From IMG/VR virus record IMGVR_UViG_3300014208_000026, positions 64,001-128,000 of that record: a DNA stretch of 64,000 nucleotides, one strand, 5' to 3'. This document shows positions 57,162-64,000 of this stretch, in pieces. The notes below the pieces were generated by a model. That model searched no databases. It was not told the DNA's origin and saw only the letters and a program-made list of their open reading frames with translations. Position numbers and translations under genes: made by a program. This DNA comes from a virus (Duplodnaviria; Caudoviricetes). The first letter of the stretch is position 1, and each line of letters begins with the position of its first letter.

Positions 57162-57902
57162 ATGATGCTCTACAGTGTATACGTGAATTTGGCTCGGGCG
57201 GATGTACCGCCCGGGATTCTCCAGCTTCTGGACCTTGATCCCAACACCTCTCAGCCGCATGGTGTTATCGATCCTCCGGGGCAGACACGGTACGTGTCGT
57301 TCCCGATGGAAAACGACGTAATCCATGTGGTCTCCAGCGGTGGCGGTGGTGCAACCAAGACGACATACCAGACCACTTGGGGTCTGGCTACTTATCTGAT
57401 GGACAAGGTGAACGGCGGTGGTTTGGGTGCGGGGCCAAACTTCCCTGCTCTGACGCCTACTCAGGCACGTACTGCGGCCCTGGCGCTTCAGACTCGGGCT
57501 GCCAGCGGACTGGCTTTGACCCTTACGGATATCAATGCCGTGCTTGCGGCAGTGCTTGCAGCTACGGCGTTGACGACGGGTGGTTCGGTCGGTACGGTTG
57601 AAGAGGTTTTGCGTATTCTGGCGGGCGAGCGTTTCTATCTCCCCGCCGGAACGGTTGTGCAGCTCGTTGGCCCCCCGATTGCATGGCAGGGTTCACATGG
57701 TGCTTTCGTCGGTATCGACGGCACTTCTGCTATCACTCTGCACAATCCTCCGAGGATTCGGAATCTCGTGATTAGCGGGGCTCTTTACGCTTCCATCGCC
57801 AATGGACACATCTATGAACTCACTCAGGCCACGTACACTTACCTGGGTGTTACGGGGCGTGCAATCACGGTTTATGACGTCAGCGGCAACGTGCTGGCGT
57901 AA
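57162..57902 (+). CDS. Putative structural protein, paralogue of 57920..58687
   Basis: Shared DL.PN.SQ..V....GQT.Y, GTVEE.L.ILAG.RYYLP.G and YLG.TGRAI.VYD..GNV motifs. Confidence 0.7.
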   Translation: MMLYSVYVNLARADVPPGILQLLDLDPNTSQPHGVIDPPGQTRYVSFPMENDVIHVVSSGGGGATKTTYQTTWGLATYLMDKVNGGGLGAGPNFPALTPTQARTAALALQTRAASGLALTLTDINAVLAAVLAATALTTGGSVGTVEEVLRILAGERFYLPAGTVVQLVGPPIAWQGSHGAFVGIDGTSAITLHNPPRIRNLVISGALYASIANGHIYELTQATYTYLGVTGRAITVYDVSGNVLA

Positions 57903-57919
57903 GAAGGGAGTAGAAAATC

Positions 57920-58687
57920 ATGGCAGTACCCCAGTTCTACATTTGCAAGGTTCGCAGTGACGTCCCCGCGGCCCTCCTTCAGACGAAGGATCTCAAGCCG
58001 AATTCTTCTCAGCGCCATCCGGTGTATGAGAGTGCAGGGCAGACGGGCTACCAGAGTTACATGCCGGACAATACCGCCCTGGGCACGCTGGTTGTAGGTC
58101 CGCCCAAGGCGACTTCCTCGGCGGCTTACGGCCTGTCCGCGTACCTGCTCAACAACGTCGAGAATGTTCACGTTGTGATGGGTGTTCCTGAAGCTTTGAA
58201 CCTGACGATCGTTCAGGCGGCTGCGATTGCGACGGCTCTCATTGCCCGTAAGAATGCTGGAACGGCTCTGGCTCTGGCAAACATCAACACGGTGATCAAT
58301 GCCGCAGCGGGCGTGACGGACTCCGACCTCAATGGTGTTGTTGCGGATTCGCACTCGACGGGCACTGTCGAAGAGATCCTCAAGATCCTCGCGGGCCATC
58401 GTTACTATCTCCCGTCCGGTGTTGAGATTTCGGACGGCGGTGGCAACTTCGATCCTGACGCGACCCGCGGTTGGTTCGTGGGTGTGGATAACCTGACGGC
58501 AGTTACGAATGTTGAGCCGGGGCATGCATCGAACCCCAGCCGCATCCGCCCGATTTACATCAGCGGTTCGGCTTGTTCCTCGCTGGTCTCCGGTGATCTC
58601 GCGAAGATGCAGTCCGCGTCGTTCTCTTACCTGGGCACCACGGGTCGGGCCATCTCGGTGTACGACTACCTGGGCAACGTTGTGTAG
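57920..58687 (+). CDS. Putative structural protein, paralogue of 57162..57902
   Basis: Same shared motifs as 57162..57902; strong codon bias. Confidence 0.7.
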   Translation: MAVPQFYICKVRSDVPAALLQTKDLKPNSSQRHPVYESAGQTGYQSYMPDNTALGTLVVGPPKATSSAAYGLSAYLLNNVENVHVVMGVPEALNLTIVQAAAIATALIARKNAGTALALANINTVINAAAGVTDSDLNGVVADSHSTGTVEEILKILAGHRYYLPSGVEISDGGGNFDPDATRGWFVGVDNLTAVTNVEPGHASNPSRIRPIYISGSACSSLVSGDLAKMQSASFSYLGTTGRAISVYDYLGNVV

Positions 58688-58769
58688 TTGCGGTTAGAGG
58701 GGGTGTCTGACAAGGTGTTATTCACCCCCCCTGGATTTAGAACAGACAGATGAAAGGGCCTGAAAAATC

Positions 58770-59012
58770 ATGAGCACTACCATTCCATTCAAGACCTCGG
58801 ACCTGCACTTCGCCGCTTTCCTCAAGGTGGCCGAAGTCCCCTTCCTCGAAGCCAAGGCGGACCCGGGCGAGCGTCGGGTGTACTTCTACTTTGAGGCCAT
58901 CGCCGATATCCTGGACTTCAAGCGGGACTACTTCAACCGCACCGCGAAGGTGAGTGCTTTGACGTTCGGCGAAGAGATCAAGGCCCTCAAGAGCCTTATC
59001 CACAACCTCTAA
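58770..59012 (+). CDS. DUF5659-like small protein
   Basis: FKTSDLHFAAFLK...RVYFYF..EIKALKSLIH pattern. Confidence 0.55.
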   Translation: MSTTIPFKTSDLHFAAFLKVAEVPFLEAKADPGERRVYFYFEAIADILDFKRDYFNRTAKVSALTFGEEIKALKSLIHNL

Positions 59013-59030
59013 GAGGCAGGTACTACGTAA

Positions 59031-59375
59031 TTGTCGACTACAGCCGTCATAGGTAGGGCGTTCACCTTCCAAGTCCGGTTTGTAGACGGCACAGGCACCC
59101 CTATTGACCCTCCCGATCCGACCATTACTGTTTTCCGGTTTTCTGGGGATAGTAAGGTCCTGTTGATTGATGCGGCTGCTATGTTCCCTGCGGACCCCGT
59201 AGAGGTGGGCCGGTACGTTTACCCCTACACGATTCCTGACACTCTGGAAGACGGGGATACTATCTATGGGGATATGGCGGGAACGGGTGCGGAGTTCGTT
59301 GAGGTAGAGGTATCCCTGCTGGCTCCCGACGCGGAAAGGGGCAGGGTGATTTCTAGATTCGTGCGGGGCGGCTAG
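59031..59375 (+). CDS. Ig-like virion protein
   Basis: F.D..G.PIDP..P.ITV...GRYVYPYTIP pattern; resembles the N-terminal part of 60366. Confidence 0.5.
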   Translation: MSTTAVIGRAFTFQVRFVDGTGTPIDPPDPTITVFRFSGDSKVLLIDAAAMFPADPVEVGRYVYPYTIPDTLEDGDTIYGDMAGTGAEFVEVEVSLLAPDAERGRVISRFVRGG

Positions 59376-59433
59376 TTTCTGAGCGGTACAGTAGACAGGC
59401 AAGAAATCCGACCTCTCTACTGGAGACGTTTCT

Positions 59434-60264
59434 ATGACCATTCAGCAGCTCTTTGGTTCTAATCCCGATTCCATCGGAGTCCGTTTACAGGAATCCTCCG
59501 AGCTTCTCGATTCCCTTCCGGATGCTTCTGTCCAGTTGATCGTGACGGATCCTCCGTACGGAATTTCCTACCAGTCGAACTACTGCAAAGCCGGAAAAAG
59601 AAAGCCGATATCGGCGGACTGGAATTTTCAGATCGGCCCGTTCCTCCGTTCTGCCGAGAGGGTTCTGAAACCAGGAGGGGCGATTTACCTGTTTAGTAGA
59701 TGGGACGTGTATCCTCTCTGGACCCTGAATATGCCCGCAGAACTGAAGCTGAAGAACGTGATCGCCTGGGTGAAGGATAACCACTCGGCGGGGGACTTGA
59801 CGGGGAACTTCGGGTTCAAGTGGGAGGCTATCCTGTTCATGGTGAAGGGCAGGCACCAACTCAGAGGTACCCGTTGGCCTAACGCTTGGGAGTTCCCGAG
59901 AGTTCCTTTTGCACGACAGATTCATCCAGCAGAGAAACCCGTGGCTCTACTGGAGAGGGCCATTACAGCTTCATCAGACGTAGGGGATATGGTGGTCGAC
60001 CCATTCTGCGGGTCGGGCTCTACAGGAGCGGCGGCTTGCAACCTAGGCCGTAAAGCAATCCTGGGGGACGTAGACGCCGATTACGTGCGGAGGGCTAGGG
60101 AGAGGTTGGGGTTGCCTGTTGAGCAGGTGGAGACGGAGAAAGAGATCCCTAAGGATCCGAATTGGGGCAAGGGCTCTATCGGGGTCTGTACGGATGCCCT
60201 TGAAGGTGTTCATCCTGAAGACGTGGCGGCTCTGGTCGAGTGGTTCCGGTCGACGAGGGCCTAA
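59434..60264 (+). CDS. DNA amino-methyltransferase (N4-C/N6-A, beta order)
   Basis: VTDPPYG (motif IV) precedes HPAEKP and VDPFCGSG (motif I). Confidence 0.9.
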   Translation: MTIQQLFGSNPDSIGVRLQESSELLDSLPDASVQLIVTDPPYGISYQSNYCKAGKRKPISADWNFQIGPFLRSAERVLKPGGAIYLFSRWDVYPLWTLNMPAELKLKNVIAWVKDNHSAGDLTGNFGFKWEAILFMVKGRHQLRGTRWPNAWEFPRVPFARQIHPAEKPVALLERAITASSDVGDMVVDPFCGSGSTGAAACNLGRKAILGDVDADYVRRARERLGLPVEQVETEKEIPKDPNWGKGSIGVCTDALEGVHPEDVAALVEWFRSTRA

Positions 60265-60293
60265 GTCTGTCTGACTCCTTTCACGTTTTTCAT

Positions 60294-60315
60294 CCTCTAG
60301 AATCGGTACAGTAGA
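60294..60315 (+). promoter_or_regulatory. Putative late promoter also containing GGTACAGTAG
   Basis: CCTCTAG-AATCGGTACA-GTAG. Confidence 0.45.
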
Positions 60316-60365
60316 GAACACGGATTCTTAGCGGAGTCCTGTTTAGACTAAGGGAGTGAGGCACC

Positions 60366-61145
60366 ATGGGCGTAATTTTTTCGCAGGGAGACATTTTGGG
60401 CCGTGGGGACCTGGATGCGTTTTTCCAAAATTCTCTCGGGAATCCCCAGAATTTATTCGAGATCACCTATGCCATCTACTACGTGACCCCCGTCACCGAG
60501 GTAGAGGTTCTCATTGGTTCTGCCGCCCGTGTCCCCGTGAATCCCGCCGTGGGGGAATACTACGCGGCTCTCCAGGTTCCCGCCAGTGCCGCCGCTGGGG
60601 ATTACCGTATCCGGTGGACGTTCAGGGAGTTCGCAGGAGCACCCCAGCAGTTGATCGTCCAGGAGTGGGGGGTTGTGCTGGCAGGTACCACTACGGGGAC
60701 GAGTACGTTTTCTACGGGTGAAACAGAGATGATCTGGAAGTTGAGAGTATTTTTAAGAGATTCCAACCCAGATCGCAACTACCATTTCAGACCACCTGAA
60801 GCAGAAGGCTCGGTCGGCCAGTACAATCAAGTGTTCGGGCAGATATGGGAAGATGATGAGTTGCTTATGTATCTCGAAGCAGCTCTCGACTGGTTCAACA
60901 TGTTCCCGCCCGAGACAGAAGCATACAGCACGCTTGACCTGCTGTTACAAAGAAAGCCTGTCTGGCGAACTGCTATCATAACAGGTGCAATTGCACATGC
61001 TTGTACAGCATTAGCATTAAATTGGATCTCGGACGAATTTTCCGTGGAAGAGAATACTAATATAAAAGTACATTTAGATAGTGATTATTCGTTAGCTATT
61101 CCGATTGGGGAGCTATGGGATATTATTTATGGAGATACTAAATGA
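60366..61145 (+). CDS. N-terminal half of a fractured putative neck/head-tail adaptor: N-extein plus 34-aa N-intein
   Basis: Ig-like start, then KLRVFLRD..WEDDELLMYL..NWISDEF followed by SVEENTNIKV (intein block A). Confidence 0.7.
   Translation: MGVIFSQGDILGRGDLDAFFQNSLGNPQNLFEITYAIYYVTPVTEVEVLIGSAARVPVNPAVGEYYAALQVPASAAAGDYRIRWTFREFAGAPQQLIVQEWGVVLAGTTTGTSTFSTGETEMIWKLRVFLRDSNPDRNYHFRPPEAEGSVGQYNQVFGQIWEDDELLMYLEAALDWFNMFPPETEAYSTLDLLLQRKPVWRTAIITGAIAHACTALALNWISDEFSVEENTNIKVHLDSDYSLAIPIGELWDIIYGDTK
61041..61142 (+). mobile_element. Split intein N-fragment (34 aa, Ser1)
   Basis: SVEENTNIKVHLDSDYSLAIPIGELWD resembles intein block A plus the 'I.EL' motif; stop codon follows. Confidence 0.65.
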
Positions 61146-62149
61146 ATAAAAAGCAAGCTCTTTCAGTATTGAAAATGAATTTCAAATTACTTGAGACTCT
61201 TATAGAGGAGGGCATTCTTGCCTGTGATTCTTCTGGAGACATAGATCCGGAGTCTTTTGTTTGTCTTGAAGAAAACTTCCATTTTGTGTTCTGTTTAGAG
61301 TGCGGGGCTAGGGTGGCTCTTCTGAACGGTAAGCATCTTAAAAGCTGTTCAGGCATGACACAGGCTGCTTATTTAGAGAAACATCCAGGGGCCGCTGTGC
61401 TGTCGGGCATGTCCGCCGCATTCAAAACCAAGACCGAAGACCAGAAACGGGCTCAGTCCGAAAAGCTCAAGGCCAGATTCCAAACTCCCGAGGGGGAGGT
61501 TACTCGACAGCAGATTTCAGAAGCCTCAAAGAAAATGCAGGCGTCAGAATACGGGGAGATAGCTGCTGAGCACCTTCGAACAATGACCCGCAGTCCTGAA
61601 GGGCGTGCTCGTATTAGTAAGCAAATGTTTGCACGGTACGCTTCTGGGTGGAATCCTGTAAAAGACTGGCATGCTGCAAACAAAGAGGAGTCTAAGCAGA
61701 GGGCTTTTCATGCCAGGAGCTTTATCCAGAAAAAGAAATCAAAGCCTCATCTCGCTTTCAAAGCTGCGATGGAAGAAGCAGGGTTATTGGGTTTCGAGAC
61801 TGAGTGTCCTGTGGGGTATTACCACATAGATGAAGCTCGGCCCGATCTTAAGTTGTCCGTGGAAATTGATGGATGTTTCTGGCATGGTTGTGTAGATTGT
61901 GGTTTTCCAGGAACTCCTGGAATAAAGAAAACAGATAAGCGGAAAACGACTTTTCTGCTTAATAGAGGATGGACGATACTCCGCTTCAACGTGTGCGTCA
62001 TTAAAAAAGACTTGGCCGGTTGTCTAGATAAAGTAAGGCAGAGCGTGGAATCCTTGTCACAGCAGAAAACCACTCTCAAAGTACGTGCTACAATCTGCGA
62101 CATTTTCGGAGCCCATAAAGAGGAGGTGTCCAATGGCACTAAGCCCTGA
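61142..62149 (+). mobile_element. Free-standing Vsr/DUF559-like homing endonuclease between the split-intein halves
   Basis: CLECG..GKHLK.C zinc finger; YHIDEA..SVEIDGCFWHGC..DKRK..NRGWTILRF. Confidence 0.8.
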
Positions 62150-62546
62150 AGTCAGAAAGGCCATTCGAGAAGCCTATGAGGCAGGTACCCTGCAAGTTGA
62201 TTCCGTCGACGCCGCTACCGGTAAGGTGTTCCGTGCTGTAGTTGCGGACGTTCTGCGGCACCGGACTCCCCATAAGCCTCTTGTCAGAGTAGAGGTTGAT
62301 ACGGGGCAGTGGGTCGAGTGTACTAAGGACCATAGCCTGTTTGGCAGGGATGCTGAGGGGCAGATTGTTCCGGTAGAAGCTGGAACCTTGCAGCCTGGGG
62401 CTTCGATTGTGGTGGTGAAGGACGGGCAGGCGGTAGACGTCCAGGTGATTTCCTATGAGGAAGGCGCACCCGCGGAATTTACCTTTGACTTGGCCGTTCC
62501 GGGGCCGGAGAACTTTGTACTCTCCAACGGTATTTTGGCTCACAAC
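62133..62546 (+). mobile_element. Split intein C-fragment (blocks B, F, G; ends HN, +1 Ser)
   Basis: Carries TxxH and terminal HN but lacks block A, which is encoded at 61041. Confidence 0.85.
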
Positions 62547-62774
62547 TCCTATTCGTGTGGTGGAATATCATTAGACCTAGAGAAGTCATCTAAGTATGAA
62601 TCAATCAAACAGAACGCTGAGAGTCAATTTGATAAGGCTACGGAAGCTAAAGCTAGAACAACAAAGTATGTTAGAGGATTAAAACAACAACGTTTCGGAA
62701 TGGGTGTGCGCAGTTCCTTTGGTCCGGCAACAGGTCATGGTATATTATCACCCCGCTCGTTTACGGGCGGTTAG
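62133..62774 (+). CDS. C-terminal half of the fractured gene: 138-aa C-intein plus 75-aa C-extein
   Basis: RBS AGGAGG then ATG 62133; block B ECTKDHSLF; FTFDLAVPGPENFVLSNGILAHN then SYSCGGISLDLEKSSKY. Confidence 0.85.
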   Translation: MALSPEVRKAIREAYEAGTLQVDSVDAATGKVFRAVVADVLRHRTPHKPLVRVEVDTGQWVECTKDHSLFGRDAEGQIVPVEAGTLQPGASIVVVKDGQAVDVQVISYEEGAPAEFTFDLAVPGPENFVLSNGILAHNSYSCGGISLDLEKSSKYESIKQNAESQFDKATEAKARTTKYVRGLKQQRFGMGVRSSFGPATGHGILSPRSFTGG

Positions 62775-62861
62775 TAGTAAAAATCAATAGTATAGAGTAG
62801 ACTCCGGTAGGGGTGTGTTAGATGTGTGCAATCAAAGCTGGTACTATATTTTCAATTTTTC

Positions 62862-62882
62862 CCCATAGCCCTTTCTAAGTAG
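62862..62882 (+). promoter_or_regulatory. Putative late promoter
   Basis: T-tract then CCCATAG-N10-GTAG. Confidence 0.35.
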
Positions 62883-63072
62883 AAACCACGGCGTCTGCGC
62901 GAACAGACCCGGGGCGTGACCGACAACCCTGAGAAGGGGGCTACTGATGTTCCCTTCTACCGGAAAAAATCTGCCCCCATGCCGAATCTACTTTGTTCTA
63001 TCGGGTATACTTAAGAGGCACCCTCTCGAACGAGGGTCTCTGACGCCACAAACAAGTTCGGCGAGGTGAGTC

Positions 63073-63849
63073 ATGCCTGTTACGTGCCCTTACTGTTCCA
63101 GAGAATTTTCAGGGGACAAGCTTAGTGCAAGGCATCTTTCTATATGCGATCCTTCGTGCCGTATTCCGATATTCCCCTGTCTCTGCGGACACGAAGCTAC
63201 AAGCAATACCCAAATGAAACGGCACCACAAAGTCTGTCCTGTTTGGCAGGCTCGTGATGTCGAGGCTGTCAAAAGAGCCCGTATGCGTGAAACGAGTTTG
63301 GCCCGTTACGGGGTAGAGAACGCGAATCAGACAGAGGAGGCTCTGGCCAAGAGGGCGCGTACCAATCTGGAGAGATATGGCGCAGAGAACCCTTTTTGTC
63401 GGGAGTCTTCTCTTTTTGAAGAGGTTCAGATTGGTTCTAAGGAAAACAGAGTTTATGCCACAGGGGAAGATTGCGTGTTCTCCCGTCCGGAAGTGAAAGA
63501 GAAGATTCGGAACTACTGGCAAGAGAACCATGGTGTTGTTGGGCCCCAGCAGGTTCCTGAGATTCGAGAGGCTACGCGACAGACGAACCTGGAACGTTAT
63601 GGTACGGAAGAGGTTCTGGCCGCTCCCGAAATCCGTCAGAGGATTCGAGATACTTGTGAGGCTGTTTATGGCGGCCCTGCTCCTTCGTGCAGTCCGGAGG
63701 TGATAGCGAAGCAGCTAGAAACTAAGCTGTCTCGTTGTGAAGTGCCTTGGGCGGAGGACTTGCTTGTGTCTGATACTCCGCCCGTTGAATCGGTATCTGC
63801 CCCAACCATCCTCGATCTCTTCTCCTCTTCTAAGAACCCTGCCAAGTAG
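63073..63849 (+). CDS. Zinc finger plus (L/W)xxYGxEN repeat protein (homing-endonuclease-associated DNA-binding repeats); no nuclease domain seen
   Basis: CPYC..HL..C; LARYGVEN, LERYGAEN, WQENHGVV, LERYGTEE, EAVYGGP. Confidence 0.6.
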   Translation: MPVTCPYCSREFSGDKLSARHLSICDPSCRIPIFPCLCGHEATSNTQMKRHHKVCPVWQARDVEAVKRARMRETSLARYGVENANQTEEALAKRARTNLERYGAENPFCRESSLFEEVQIGSKENRVYATGEDCVFSRPEVKEKIRNYWQENHGVVGPQQVPEIREATRQTNLERYGTEEVLAAPEIRQRIRDTCEAVYGGPAPSCSPEVIAKQLETKLSRCEVPWAEDLLVSDTPPVESVSAPTILDLFSSSKNPAK

Positions 63850-64000
63850 ATAGGGCCCCGTCGACCCTTTCCATCTTTGCCGCACAGCCCGTTTGCTAAT
63901 TGCTTTTTGCAGAAAGGGCAGACAGCCACAGCCTCCGGCTCTGCATCTTCGTGCTTAGCACCTGACCTCAACCGGCTCTGCATCGTCGTGCTCAGCGCCC

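Noticed and set aside
58698-58731. G/C inverted repeat after 57920..58687
   Set aside because: 7-bp stem with a 17-nt loop and no clear U-tract; weak as a terminator.
62883-63069. Small hairpins and a 40-codon ORF (62947..63069) after the last late-promoter motif; possible ncRNA or leader
   Set aside because: No recognisable RNA family or protein motif; evidence too weak.
142-63983. Many long overlapping ORFs, mostly on the minus strand (e.g. 142..1026, 5649..6752, 14080..15405, 38462..39868, 42467..43939, 44753..45298, 51636..52898)
   Set aside because: Antisense or alternate-frame shadows of well-supported plus-strand genes in GC-rich, codon-biased DNA; no motifs or RBS support.
63935-63992. 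21-bp direct repeat pair (CCGGCTCTGCATC[T/G]TCGTGCT), period 37, at the window edge
   Set aside because: Only two copies with a 16-nt spacer and no cas genes; cannot be called a CRISPR array without downstream sequence.
1-64000. TAG stop-codon reassignment (many genes end in TAG; TAG-ATG in-frame adjacency at 20787 and 39160)
   Set aside because: Long ORFs are complete under code 11, and TAG stops are generally followed by intergenic motifs, RBSs or new start codons.

Overview
Late (head-morphogenesis) region of a large tailed phage (Caudoviricetes). Almost all genes lie on the + strand. I saw no bacterial housekeeping genes, rRNA, tRNA or CRISPR array. The core module comprises a putative TerS, two ATPase-only TerL paralogues, intein-containing TerL, portal, an HK97/assemblin-type prohead protease with two inteins, an acidic scaffold, a decoration protein, the major capsid protein and a probable neck/adaptor protein. 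Between these lies a large set of 'polyvalent'-type accessory proteins: ADP-ribosyltransferase-like, Tpt1-like, 2H phosphoesterase, HD, zincin peptidase, inorganic pyrophosphatase, Dps-like and a CCA-type nucleotidyltransferase. The main unexplained pattern is a set of short peptide tags conserved at protein but not codon level. These are RVASR[YFW]L, LxxxLVxLAxxxPELRxxLxPLL and [KR]xA[SAG], found at the termini and domain junctions of otherwise unrelated proteins, which suggests a capsid-loading and protease-release code for injected cargo. Mobile elements have also broken genes in three ways. A Ser1/Ser+1 atypically split intein flanks a Vsr-like endonuclease. A cca gene is split without visible splicing elements. 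A tnpB-only IS607-like element sits in frame in a ~2340-aa gene and supplies its own restart codon. Family assignments come from motif recognition by eye, not database searches.
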